Assembly: GCA_002811645.1 (NCBI GenBank)
Contig: PDIP01000046.1
Span: 1-64,000, forward strand
Direction: 5' to 3'
Source of the DNA: Corallochytrium limacisporum Hawaii
Taxonomy: Eukaryota > Protista > Pluriformea
DNA length: 64,000 nt
In this document: piece by piece, positions 21,101-32,655 of the stretch
Layout: each line of letters starts with the position of its first letter
How positions within the stretch are numbered: the first letter of the stretch is position 1
Position numbers and translations under genes: made by a program
The notes under the pieces: generated by a model
Told to the model about the DNA's origin: nothing
What the model saw: the letters and a program-made list of their open reading frames with translations, nothing else
Database searches by the model: none

Positions 21101-24100
21101 CTAATTCGTCTTCTGTTGATTCAGGCGCATGTTGACGAGTGGCGCGATGGTCCGCAAGCGATGCCGTGTCTCCTTTCTGCCTACGAAACCGGTCACCATG
21201 TCGTCGTCTGTATTCGCAAAGAATGACAACGGATGTCTGTGCAGGCTTGTGAAGGGAACATAAATGGACGTGGTCAGCAGCAGCATGTCATGTAGGCCTG
21301 GGGTATACCAAACAGGCAGGCCTTTGGCAGGCATCGTCTTCGTCCACGAACACATCTCGTAGAGCTCCACACTGCCCTCCTCTTTGCTCTCCTCTGCAAT
21401 ATTGTTAGAATATTTCTGAACAAGACACTTGTAGGGTCCCTTGATGGCAATTCTACGCAGTTCATCCATACTGTGAATAGCACAAAGAGCTTTCTTGACG
21501 TTGCTTTCTGTGAGTGACATCTTGGCAACCATGCCTCCAGCCAACTTCCACAGTGCCCAGCGACGAAGGTCTGGGCTGCGGACCGCAGTGTTGAAAGCCG
21601 GTTCAACCCACGCCGTAGGTGTTCCTTGATCTTCAAGGTCTATGAGATACTGTTTGCCGAGCTTCTGCAAGGCAAACGCGAGCACCATGGCAAGGACAAA
21701 ATGGCTAAATGTCTCTGGGGTCTCCATCATGAATCTGTCAACTATTTGGTGATTCTTGATCTTGGCGTTGAAGTCGCAGGCGCGTACAAAATTTTTACGT
21801 TGCGCAGAATGGCTGACAAGTCCTGAAAGGGCACCGGGCCATCCATAGTTTATCAAACCCTCCATAACAAGCGTAATGGCAGCAGCCCGCTGTCCATCAT
21901 CTTTGAGCATGATCTGTTTGAAAGCCTGCAGCACATCAGCGGTCTGGGGCATGTCCGCGTCCGTCATCGGCCCAAATTCTTGGGTCTCGTAAGGCTTGTC
22001 ATCCTCGTCGTCATACTGGTGCATAATGATACATTCTAGAGTACAATCTAGAGGCTGTTCCCGCACGATAGTTTCTGTGCGGAGGACGATTCGCTCTTTG
22101 GTCGCTGCGGTCCTTCGAACATCACTTGCAAGCATATCTGTGTGGTCGGCGAGTTCCTTAACCTGCTTCCTCAGAATGCGCTTGAAGTCGTGAGGCTGCA
22201 TTTCTGTCTTCTTACTCTTTCCACTTTGCTTGCGTGGCTTTGGTGGTTCCTTTCGAGGAGCGGTATCGTCCTGCAGCTTAGATGCATGCCACGCACGACT
22301 GACTTTAGCACATAGTGGGGCAGCCTTATCGTCAGACAAAAGATCATCAAAGTTGTTCATTCCGTATTTCAGAGTCAGATCGATAAGAACATGATTGTCG
22401 TGTGCTACCCAATCTTCAGGAATGCCTTTGGCGCGACCGCTAAAGCAATTAGCTACCCGGAGCCGCAGATCTTCGTCAGCAGCAAGAGACTCACGGAACT
22501 TCAGGTCATCGGAGACAGCGAGCAGCATACTTCTGAACTGCATCGTGGCTTGCCATGATGATTCCAGAGCCTCGTATGCTCTCCGCAGTCCGTCTTTCAT
22601 CATCAGATATGTGGGTTCATCCTCAACCTTAACGTCACCGATTTGATTGTAGATGCCCTCCCATGCAGCCTTGAGATCAGGTTTGTCACTGTCCGGACCG
22701 CACTTGTCGCGCCACTGGTGAATGAGTGCCTTTGTTAAGGGAGCCAAAAGTGCGGGGGTCAATTCTGGGTGCTGTATCAACTGGCACTGCTTTTCAAGCT
22801 CACATCCTTGATATCTCTTGATGGACTCCAGCATACTCTTGACCTGCTTCTTCGTCCATTCCGTGGCCAACCGTTTGGGCCGTTTGGGATCCCGAAAGTC
22901 ACCATCATCTTCCTTTTCATCGTCATCTTCCTCATCATCGATCTCCTGAATGGCTTCAGTGTTGGTACTAGACGCCAACTTACGGCGACGCCTGGAAGTT
23001 GCGTCTGATGCATCAGTACCAATGCTTGCGCTCTCACCGGTAAGGAGAGCTAGCGCCTTCTCATCTTTGACTTTTCTCTTCGCTTTAGTGGCCCACTGGT
23101 TCCAGAAGTCTTCACCTTCTAGTTCCACGAACGCATCGTCGTTCTCGGCATCGGCTCCAAAGCTGATCTTTGAGAACATGCCACCAGCAACAGCTTTCCG
23201 ACGCTCTTCCTCATCTTCAGCAGTATTGATCGTCACAGTACGACGCGCTAATATTGTGTTAATGTCCTCGTCGGCGAACTTGGCAGCCTCACCTGACTCG
23301 TCTTCTAAAGCTGCGTAGGCACCTTCGCGCAGCAGCCTCTCCAATTCTTGCGCGGAGGGTTTGTTGTCTATGGCATCGGCACTGCCTTTGACACCATCCG
23401 TTAGGATTGCGCGATCCAGACCAAGCTTTTTTGAGGCCACGTCAAACATCTTTCTCTCATAGCTGTTCTTGACGAGGAGCCGGAACACTTTCACACTCTT
23501 TGTTTGACCAATGCGATGACAACGGGCCATGGCTTGGATATCGTTTTGCGGATTCCAATCACTATCGTAGATGACCACGGTGTCTGCGGCCACTAGATTG
23601 ATGCCAACACCCCCTGCTTTGGTACAGAGCAGAAACACCGGGATTTCGCTCTTCTCATCGTTTGTAAACGTATCGATAGCGGTTTGACGCTGCTTGCCGG
23701 TAACTGATCCATCAAGACGCACGTATCCCACCTCTTCACCCAGCAAGAAGTCCTCGAGAATATCCAGGACCCTTGCCATTTGCGAAAAAATGAGGACCTT
23801 GTGTCCGTCCTTGATCAGCTGCGGAAGAAGCTTGCCCAGGAGGACCATCTTACCACTGACTTTTGTCAACATGTCGTGTGGATCAGGGTTGTAAGGCTCA
23901 ACTCCTTCGGCGAGTCTTCGTTCTCTTTCCTGATCAAGGATGCGAGTTTCCATGTCCGTAATCAAATAGGGATGGTTGCAAACCTTTCGGAGTTCCATGT
24001 GAAGATTTGTCAATCGGGGACCACGCAGTCCCTTCTCATTACTAGACAGAATTGCGGTATCTCGCTCAAAGAGGGCGCGGTAGATACGCCGTTGGAGGAC

Positions 24101-25807
24101 GCCCATTTCGACCTCGATAATGACCTCCTCCTTGACAGCCAGCTCTTGGACCACGTCCTCCTTCATGCGCCGTAGGAGAATGGGCATCAAGAGCTTCTTC
24201 AGAGCCTCAACCTGTCCGACGTCTTGTACATTTCCGTAGTTCTCGTCAAAGACCTCAGCACTCAGATGGCGACCAGGTTCCATGAAGTCCAGAAGCGTGT
24301 GCAGTTCTGCGGTGTCGTTTTGCAACGGCGTGCCTGTCAAAAGAACACGGTGACTGCTTCGGAGAGTCGAGAGATCCGTGAAGGTCTTCGACGTTCGGCT
24401 CTTTAATCTATGGGCTTCGTCAACGATAATAACTTCCCACTCAACGTTCCTGAAGAAGGATAACTCTCTCATTACCGTCTCATACGTGACGAGAACAAGC
24501 TCTGGTTTCATAGTTTGTTTGTGTTTGTCCCAGATCTCGTATCTCTCGATGATTCGTCGATCTTGAGCATCTCCTTGCACAACCACGCAATCAAAGGTGG
24601 TCCACAGTTTGGCCTCCCGTTGCCAATTTAGGATCACCGATAACGGCACTACAATCAAGAATGGGCCCCGTCGATGAGCAAACTTCTGCATCCACTGAAG
24701 GAACATCAAGGCTTGAATAGTCTTCCCCAATCCCATTTCGTCAGCCAAGATGCAGCCTCTGCCCTTTGCCCAACAATTGGCCATCCACAAAACACCTTCC
24801 TGCTGATGCGGTCGGAGGGCGAGTAAGGACTCTGGGTCTACGAGTTGGTTGTCCACTTCATCCTTCCGAGGCTTTACCCGAACATTTTGACCTACTATGC
24901 GGGCGTTTCTCTTGATGGCAATGGGTACCTTGTGCTTAGTTCGATTGGAGAATTCCTCTATGTTTTCGAAACCAATGCCTGGCTCAGCTTCCCATGTACA
25001 TGCTTTGTACGGAAGGTCGTCCCACTTCACCAAATAAAAGGCTGTGTCATCATTGCCTCTTCGTCGTGCCACTACCCTTTCAATGTGGTCCCATCTGGGG
25101 TCATAGAAAGGTTCTTTGTCCTTTCTGTTCGCTGTCTTATTAAAGTGCATAGTTAGCGTGGATGTGCGGACATCAAACTGTTTCTGACACTCGGTCCCAG
25201 TGTACCATACGCAATCACGGTACGCCCTGTTCTTGAATTTCACAAGAAACAAGGCCTTCGTCCAATTAGTAGCTTTTGCATGAGCGTATGGATCGACCCC
25301 ATTGGGATCTTCCTTATCTTCACCAGGACGTAGTGCTGGACGCCAGCAAACGAGTCGCTCAAACTCCCTTAAAGTTGGGAGCGGAATGTCCCCACTGACT
25401 GCCGTAGAAATGCTTTTTGCTGAGGACTTGGACGAGGGTTTTTTCTTGGCCACGACAAGTGCTTTACCGCTCCTCTTTGTATTGAAATCACTGTCATCTG
25501 AGTCAGGATCAAACTCAGTGTCGCTCTGGCTTTCAAGGGAGTCACTGTCGGAATCCGATGAGTAGGCTCTATCCTTCGTAACAGGAAGTGATTCAGAGCT
25601 GCGGAAGTCAACGTCAGACGCATTGCTCATATCTGGAGCGTCCATGTCCTCCTTGTAAGAGACAACCTTTCGAGCCCTCCGCTGACCTCGCCGTCGGCCT
25701 TCGCCGGATCCAAAAATGTCCATGGATTTCTCGTTACTTCCAAGCTCCTTAAGGGGACGCCGTGACCCTCTTGGCCACGGACTGTCATCTTGTTCCATGG
25801 GCCCCAT
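21101..25807 (-). CDS. Chromodomain helicase DNA-binding remodeller, CHD6-9/Kismet-like
   Basis: Two chromodomains (FLVKFKNRAY; YLVKWDDLPY..CTWE), SNF2 motifs ILADEMGLGKT, DEAH and DSDWNPQND.QAMARCHRIGQ, and C-terminal LPVWYTPGLHDMLLL resembling the CHD6-9 LPxWW...HDxxLL block. Confidence 0.92.
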   Translation of the reverse strand: MGPMEQDDSPWPRGSRRPLKELGSNEKSMDIFGSGEGRRRGQRRARKVVSYKEDMDAPDMSNASDVDFRSSESLPVTKDRAYSSDSDSDSLESQSDTEFDPDSDDSDFNTKRSGKALVVAKKKPSSKSSAKSISTAVSGDIPLPTLREFERLVCWRPALRPGEDKEDPNGVDPYAHAKATNWTKALFLVKFKNRAYRDCVWYTGTECQKQFDVRTSTLTMHFNKTANRKDKEPFYDPRWDHIERVVARRRGNDDTAFYLVKWDDLPYKACTWEAEPGIGFENIEEFSNRTKHKVPIAIKRNARIVGQNVRVKPRKDEVDNQLVDPESLLALRPHQQEGVLWMANCWAKGRGCILADEMGLGKTIQALMFLQWMQKFAHRRGPFLIVVPLSVILNWQREAKLWTTFDCVVVQGDAQDRRIIERYEIWDKHKQTMKPELVLVTYETVMRELSFFRNVEWEVIIVDEAHRLKSRTSKTFTDLSTLRSSHRVLLTGTPLQNDTAELHTLLDFMEPGRHLSAEVFDENYGNVQDVGQVEALKKLLMPILLRRMKEDVVQELAVKEEVIIEVEMGVLQRRIYRALFERDTAILSSNEKGLRGPRLTNLHMELRKVCNHPYLITDMETRILDQERERRLAEGVEPYNPDPHDMLTKVSGKMVLLGKLLPQLIKDGHKVLIFSQMARVLDILEDFLLGEEVGYVRLDGSVTGKQRQTAIDTFTNDEKSEIPVFLLCTKAGGVGINLVAADTVVIYDSDWNPQNDIQAMARCHRIGQTKSVKVFRLLVKNSYERKMFDVASKKLGLDRAILTDGVKGSADAIDNKPSAQELERLLREGAYAALEDESGEAAKFADEDINTILARRTVTINTAEDEEERRKAVAGGMFSKISFGADAENDDAFVELEGEDFWNQWATKAKRKVKDEKALALLTGESASIGTDASDATSRRRRKLASSTNTEAIQEIDDEEDDDEKEDDGDFRDPKRPKRLATEWTKKQVKSMLESIKRYQGCELEKQCQLIQHPELTPALLAPLTKALIHQWRDKCGPDSDKPDLKAAWEGIYNQIGDVKVEDEPTYLMMKDGLRRAYEALESSWQATMQFRSMLLAVSDDLKFRESLAADEDLRLRVANCFSGRAKGIPEDWVAHDNHVLIDLTLKYGMNNFDDLLSDDKAAPLCAKVSRAWHASKLQDDTAPRKEPPKPRKQSGKSKKTEMQPHDFKRILRKQVKELADHTDMLASDVRRTAATKERIVLRTETIVREQPLDCTLECIIMHQYDDEDDKPYETQEFGPMTDADMPQTADVLQAFKQIMLKDDGQRAAAITLVMEGLINYGWPGALSGLVSHSAQRKNFVRACDFNAKIKNHQIVDRFMMETPETFSHFVLAMVLAFALQKLGKQYLIDLEDQGTPTAWVEPAFNTAVRSPDLRRWALWKLAGGMVAKMSLTESNVKKALCAIHSMDELRRIAIKGPYKCLVQKYSNNIAEESKEEGSVELYEMCSWTKTMPAKGLPVWYTPGLHDMLLLTTSIYVPFTSLHRHPLSFFANTDDDMVTGFVGRKETRHRLRTIAPLVNMRLNQQKTN

Positions 25808-26034
25808 GCTGGCCCAATCACGGCGATGAACCCGCTGTTACATTAGGTCAAATAAAAACACAGCGTGAAGAAGCCCAGCTCTTTGAATAAATACTCTGTA
25901 GCACCCGAACTACCTGTGCAATCATAAATTGAGACCTCCTTCCCGCCAGACAGCAAAGCAAAGGTTGCCACAAATCGGTCATGGCTATTAGCAATCCCCC
26001 CTTCCTTCTCCCTTTCAGACACAAAAATCTGAAC

Positions 26035-26046
26035 TTTTCGCGCGAA
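26035..26046. promoter_or_regulatory. Candidate palindromic E2F site upstream of the CHD gene
   Basis: TTTTCGCGCGAA matches TTTSSCGC on one strand and nearly on the other; it lies about 230 bp upstream of the ATG, beside a C/G tract. Confidence 0.4.
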
Positions 26047-26304
26047 CTGACTGACTGCCCGAGAGGCACGACGAGGATAACCGCCTCCCCTTCCCCACCC
26101 CCCGCCCGGGGGGGGGGGCCGGGTTTTAGGAGGCAAAGTGAGGTGAGCTCTACCCTAGATTCCTTTGATGCGAAGTTTGGCAGCTGCCGTGTGACTTTGT
26201 GGCATCCGCGGTAGATGGAAGCTAGAGAATGGCAAGACGCAGAATCATGAAAACAAGAGATCCAGATTTCTATGTTTGGGCTAACGAAATTATTTATGTT
26301 TTCC

Positions 26305-27867
26305 TCACTTGACTGCCTGCGGCTTGGACGGGCTGCTGGATTTGGATCCCCCAAACATACGCTTGAGGATGCCCTTCTTCGGCCGCATGCTCTTTAGAAT
26401 GCCACCTTTCTTTTTCTTGCCGCCCTTCTTCTTCTTCTCTTCATCAACCAGCCTGTGACCGGTAACGTGACCATCTTCGTCCACTTCGATGTTTTCAGGT
26501 TTACCAGTAAACGATACAGCCCGGCTAAGATTGTCACCACCGCTGGTAGCATCGTCGCCGGCTTCCTCCTTTTCCTCGGAGTGTGGTAATGGCTTGTCGA
26601 CCTTGGCCAAACTAAGCCGAGATTGGCTCATTTCAACGTCTTCATTATCTCCGGTTGCTAGAATCTCCCTCGGCGGTGCTGGTGGCTCGTTTGGGATCTC
26701 GTCTTCCGCACCGAATTGCACACTACGCTGACTACCGTGAGGACTTACAGAGCGCTGCCGTTGCAAAGGTGCTTCTGGAGTGTGCCTCTCGACTTTGGCG
26801 TCTGGTTCTTCGCTGTGGAAAACTTTGTCGATTTTTGCAGCACTAAGGCGCCGGTTCGACTCGCTGGATAGGGAATCATCGATTTCATCCTCAGCTGGTG
26901 TCCCACTGCGCTGCGAGGACGCCTCGGAAGGCCCCTTTGAAGTACCCAGACCCTCATCAGTATCCTCTTCTCCGTTCTTTCCGCTTGGAGCAAGGATGAC
27001 TGGGACTACATCATGCACTGCTGTAGCACTTCCATGCTTTGGCACATCTCCCATGGGCTTATCCACTTTCGCAAATTCAAACTTGCTATGATAAATCTTC
27101 TCAGACTCCCCAAAAGAAACCTTACGATTGCCAGATCTGGTCGATGATGAGCGTGACAGCGGTGCATCCCCTTCTTCCTCTTCCTGTGAGACGAATTCCA
27201 CGCTAGTGGTGGCATCGAAGGAAACTCTGCGTTCGCGAGGAGTCAGCTGTTCCTTTGTCGGAGGAGCCTCCGGCCCATCATTAACGGCAATATCGATGTT
27301 GGTTTGACTATTGCTGTGCGTGTTATTAAGAACTTCGAGTTCCTCAATGCTCATTTCCTCAGATTCCGGAGCAAGTCCATCGGTAATTGCCGCTCCTACG
27401 GTATCACTGACTGGGAGTGTATGATCTTCACCACTAGAGAAAGTCTTGTCAATGGAGGCATGGGAAAGTTTTTCCGATATGCAAGTCTCGTCAAATTCTT
27501 TCTCTTCTCCTTCATTAGCTTCGCTGGCACCATTCGAAATATCCCTAAACGACACCGACTTTGCCACATTGCGCTTGCTCTCCAGGTCTGCAGTCTCTGT
27601 CTCAATTATCTTCTTGGCTTCGTCCAGGTACACCTCCTCGTTTCCTTCATGATGCGCGTGGTGACCACTAAGAGCCTTGGAGGCACCATCAACTCCGGCG
27701 ACACTCAGAGGAGTTACCACTTCCTTCATGTTGTCTGTGTCCGGTGGTACAGGGACGTCACTGCTCTTTTCCAGCATCTCTTTGCCTCCGTCATTGCCAA
27801 TGGCGTCAGTCTCACCAAACGAGACGTGAGAGTCATTCTTTCCGACAGATGTGCCGTGCGCTGACAT
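26305..27867 (-). CDS. Orphan acidic disordered protein with repeated RVxF and SILK-type PP1-docking motifs
   Basis: 520-aa ATG-initiated ORF (accATG) with protein-like composition and internal peptide repeats; no recognisable globular domain. Confidence 0.85.
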   Translation of the reverse strand: MSAHGTSVGKNDSHVSFGETDAIGNDGGKEMLEKSSDVPVPPDTDNMKEVVTPLSVAGVDGASKALSGHHAHHEGNEEVYLDEAKKIIETETADLESKRNVAKSVSFRDISNGASEANEGEEKEFDETCISEKLSHASIDKTFSSGEDHTLPVSDTVGAAITDGLAPESEEMSIEELEVLNNTHSNSQTNIDIAVNDGPEAPPTKEQLTPRERRVSFDATTSVEFVSQEEEEGDAPLSRSSSTRSGNRKVSFGESEKIYHSKFEFAKVDKPMGDVPKHGSATAVHDVVPVILAPSGKNGEEDTDEGLGTSKGPSEASSQRSGTPAEDEIDDSLSSESNRRLSAAKIDKVFHSEEPDAKVERHTPEAPLQRQRSVSPHGSQRSVQFGAEDEIPNEPPAPPREILATGDNEDVEMSQSRLSLAKVDKPLPHSEEKEEAGDDATSGGDNLSRAVSFTGKPENIEVDEDGHVTGHRLVDEEKKKKGGKKKKGGILKSMRPKKGILKRMFGGSKSSSPSKPQAVK

Positions 27868-29969
27868 GGTTTACCAACGCAAGTTCCTCAAATTGTTTAC
27901 TATATAAAATTTCCTTACCCAAGCATCTGCACGCTGTAAACTACAATATGTACGATTCGAGTTGTGTTGAAACAGCGTCTTCGTTTTTACTACTTCTTAA
28001 TTTTCTGGCTTATTTGCCAGTAATCCTTCACTCGCGGTATAGGTGCCTTTCGATCACTTAGACACCTGCTTTGTTGCCAGCACACCGCAGAAAGTCTATA
28101 CTTACAAAGAGCCATAAAAAACATACTGCCACATTTAGTCCTGCAATTTATGCGCCACCAACACGGCCACTGTTTGTCATTTGCCATAGAAGTCCCCCGC
28201 ACTGCTCTCGAGGGATGGGCCTCAGCGGGGTGGGGTTGGGTTTGCCCTCGACCTGGTTCGTTCATACCTCAATGCCTGTCGCTCTAGGGCCCCTTGCCTT
28301 ATCCTCCTCCGCTACTATTTGCACTGTTATCGAGTGCGCTCTCCAGTGTTCTGTACGTGTTGAGCAAGCGGTATTATATTCGCCCATTCTCGGCAGTCGA
28401 TTCTTTCGCCCCCATTTTCTCTCAGCTTCTTCAGGGATTTTGTTGTCCCCCATACTGAAAGTATTGGAGGAGCTCACAATCCCATTCTCTGGCTCCCTGA
28501 TTCTGCTGATGGGTGTCAGGATAACGTGTGGTAAAAACGCTCCAGATTCGTAATACCGAGCAGAAGAGAAGGTGAAATGGCTTCTGCGGGAAAGCTTTTT
28601 TTTTTCAGCAGCCCGAGTTGGGCTCAATCTGCTTCTCCCCGGCTCCCATGGAACGGTGTCGAACAGTCACACCTCTGCGGCCATCCGTACGCGCACTCCG
28701 GAACTTCCGCACTTGGTCATCTTGTCAGTGCGTTCATACTTGCTGCATTTTGAGCTTGGTACAAATCTAATGTCGATCTTTCGGCTCATCTTGGTCCTCG
28801 TGTGGATGAAGATGGCGCGTTGGCTCTTCCTATGTTACTGCCGCTGTTTGAAAACGCGGCCCGCTGCCGTTTAAGTCGAGGGGACGCTAATGACCGTTAC
28901 CTCAGACCGCATAGTGTGTCACAGCGCCAGGCAGGGCCCTCCCCTCCAACCCCAAACCGCCCGCTGGGAGCGTCAGTAGCCCACACCACAGACGAACCCA
29001 AGTAACCCGCAGTCATTCACTATGAAAAGTGACGTAAATTAGATACGCAACAGGGTTACAGGCCGATGCAGCATGTTTGCATGGCACCCTCTTCCAGCAG
29101 CCCCCCCCCCCCACTTCATCTTCGCAAAGCGAAAGTACCCGGGAGTATCTTGCGTCTGCAGCAATTTTGCAGCCGCGGTAGTGAACTAAGTAGTTGGGAG
29201 GAGGGTTGGTGATGGACCCCCCGGGTGGGGGGGGGAACGGGACACGGGGTTATGTATTTCTATTCACGAATTTTCTCGCACCAAAAGCACGAGCGGTCAC
29301 ACTGCTGTATAAATGCTGTCATTTTTCCGCTACACTGTGTCTACCCCGTGATTGTTTGGCCTATACCTTCGGCTTCATGCCGAACCGAGCAACAAAACTT
29401 CATTGGGAGGAGGAATAGGTGACAACTGCAGCCGAAAAAAACAAACCCCCCACCCCTCCCTAATCAAAAAAAAACTTGGGCCATTTTGTTCCGGCTTGAG
29501 AATTTTTTCACCGTCTCGTCACTCGTTGCGGGAAATAAAGCGGAGAAATACACTGCGGAGGGGAGCTCGGTGAGAAATTTTGACTGCTCGGAAAGATACT
29601 GGTACTTTCAGTATTCCCATGATGGTTGCGGAGGATGGCTATAATTCTAGGGCACACACAGCTGCGTTTGTAGTGGTGGATGGATAAACCACCAACAGTA
29701 CTGGCGCTCCACCAAATCTCTACGGATTGACTTGCCAGGGTTATCAATTCAAAACACCACCGATGGGTCAGATTGTAATCATTCGGTTTCACAAAAAGGT
29801 TGCACCCACTCTACGCACCGTGCCCAGCCAGGGTGCCAATTTCTTATGTTTTCAACGGCCACACCTCTCTCGCACTTTGGCTCTTTCACCTGGGGAGTAC
29901 GTTGGATGGTGTATTTTGATTCTAAGTACTAAAACTACTATCTAACTGACAAATATGTCCTTTCAATCC

Positions 29970-30005
29970 AATTATATAATTAATCAAATTGATTTAAATC
30001 AATTT
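29970..30005. repeat. Two adjacent perfect AT-rich palindromes
   Basis: aattatataatt (29970-29981) and aaattgatttaaatcaattt (29986-30005). Confidence 0.85.
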
Positions 30006-32655
30006 AGATCATTCCTTTGATTCGGAGCCATGCTTCCTCTGTTTCCTCAACTTCCACGCAATCTGAGAGGAGGGCCGCCCTTCTTCTTGCAGGTGCGCTC
30101 CGATTCGTCCACATTGCGCAATGCAGGCCAGAGCAGTGCTTCTTTCCGAAAGCGTGTAAGGACAACCATTGACCTCTCGGTCAATGAATGGAAAGTGTAA
30201 TCCATTCACATCTACCGGACCGCTTACTGCAGTTGGGATTCGAAGGCTATTGGAGGATTTTCACAACCTTGCGTGATGTATTCACGATGTGACAGATCTC
30301 TGTCTCCTGTAGATGGCGCCGTTCATTTCTTTCCTTCGGAGGATTTCTCACGGGCCGATTTACACCTCGCGATCCATCACCGCCGTTTCGTAGAACAATT
30401 AGTAGGGGCACATCGGAGATTGGCTGCATCGAACACCAGTACCTTCCGGGGAACGTGCTCGGCTTTCTTATGAAGCGATGGATGTGAGTCGTGCGCCCAG
30501 TCTGTATTTTATTGTGCGGTTCTGCGGCACCAGGTGGTAAAGCTTGGTGGGGCAATTTCTCAAAATCTTGGTGGGTGATTCCGCCTTCAAAGCAGGTCGT
30601 CTGAGTCCATCTGGGACCCGGGAAGGGTGCCGCTGACGAAACTCTGAACAGTCTTAGAATAGTCCGCGAATGGAGCTCGCGATGCAGCGGGACCACTGCG
30701 CCGTATTGTGCTTTCAGTGGGCGAGGAATTCCGCAGTGAAAGGCACGGAGGTCAAGGGACGACTTCGAAAGATACTCTCCGAGCCCGTGCTAAATGCATC
30801 CAAGACGCATGCAACATATCTCCTCCCACACAACTACCGGAAAGCCGAGATCTGTTGTGTTGCTGTATGGGATTGAGAGCTGTTGGGGACTCTTTGCCTC
30901 ACTTGGACATAATTTGTTTCCGATTGCGTTAATCTCTGTCCATGTTTTGTGGGTACCAGCGATTCTGTACGAATGGTTCATCGAAGCCTTCCAAACTATG
31001 CAACCCGCCTTAAGAATCTTTAAACCCCGAAGCCGTCAAATAGTTGAGCAAGCAGTGAGCAATGGACGACGCAAAGGACCCTCCCCCGTGGTATAGACAG
31101 CACTGCACCAAATCACTGATCCAAATTAAACAACATGTCACGTCGCCAGAGAGAATGCATTTGGATGAACTAACCCTACCACAACAGAGCTGCCAAAGGG
31201 GCAAGTCCCCGTGCGTTCAACGAACTACAGGGGTGTCGCACCAAGTCTGCTGCATGTTTCATATCCCTGTTTGTGTTTGGGGCGTAGTTGAAGTATACTC
31301 AACTGCACGTTACCAGTCTGACTAGAAGGACTAGCGAATCCAACCCCTCGCGCTCCCCGAGCTGCGAGGGGGGGCCTTCATTCACGGAACTGGTGAGAAT
31401 ATTCCGAAGGGTGTCGGGACCCTCCCCTCACAGCAGTTTCAGTGTTGACTCCGCTGAAGTTGGAAACGGATCTTCAACGTAGCTTTTGATGGAACAGTGA
31501 CAGCTTCCGACAAGCGCCGAGCTATCTCGAGGGAGGTTATGCTCGCTGGTGGCAGTCGTCTCGTCACATGTCGTTGACGGGCGCCTGGTCCCTCACCCTA
31601 GCATTTGCAAACGCCTGGCACGGCCCATGTAACTCTGTAGTGGATTCTTCCAATCTAACACACCTGGACCTTCTGCATTCTTCCTCGTTCTTACGTTCTT
31701 CCCCGTGTTCGTTTGTGGTATCGTACTTTACCATACCCGATAGTTGAGAAGAATTAGTCAGGCCGCCCTCCCGGTGCGTCAATATCTTATACCCAATGGT
31801 CAATAGGGTCAATGGGCTGCTGTGGTGACAGGGGCCCCTTGATGAAGGGAGCCTTGACTACTTTGGCACACTGACCATCCTTCGAATAAATTTTATATCC
31901 GGAATATTATTATTATTAGGAGACTGGATTGAACTACGCATGGGACATGAATATGCACACCTTTAAGTAAATCATGATTTAGTGGAGTCTGGCTTCAGAG
32001 TCCAGGCGAACGAACCTCTGGAGCTTCAACTCCCCATTTCCTTCCGTCCAGCGAAGATCTGTATCAGAGGACCATTCTCTGTTTGGGTCGCCATCACATG
32101 AGAAACTGAATATCAATGATTCTCCTTCCCACTTCCTCAGGTGCCGTGGGTCTGGAGCATTTCTTAGGCGCCCCGCAGTTAATTCTCTATACCATTGTAA
32201 TTTTGTAACGGGGAGGGTCCTTTTGTGAGTTCAAGTCTTTGCATTTCACAGACGTAATTTCCTTTATATCGTGATGGTCAGTCGCGAGAAGATCGAGCTT
32301 GACGAGGAGCGTCAATAGGTCAGTCCACCTCCCCCCACACCGCAGGTGCCTGAGTTTCCATCCCACCCAGTCTTAAGTGGGCTTATTGCTGACGAATGCA
32401 CGATGACAAATTTGTAGACGAAAGCGCAGGCAAAGGCTCCACGGAGTGAGAGAGAAAATGGCAGTTCGCCGCGTAAGGGGAGGGCCAACGTTGGTTTCCT
32501 TGCATCCCACGGGCGGCTCATTTTCTCCTTCCTCGGCAGGGAAACAGGGCCAGGCTACCTAATGTGCTAGGTCCAGAGAGACCAATACGAGCAGTCCGAC
32601 TGCTGTAGTCGTCACAAGAGCAACATGCTCATGGAACGGAGTACTAAGGTCCATG

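Noticed and set aside
28188-28630. GAAGTCCCC ... GGGCTCA resembling RNase MRP CR-I/CR-V
   Set aside because: P4 pairing is incomplete and no other conserved region is seen. An Infernal search would be needed.
31010-31204. Faint HSF-like wording (LIWISD...LLNYLTASGFK) suggesting a third decayed paralog
   Set aside because: Similarity is too weak to distinguish from chance by eye.
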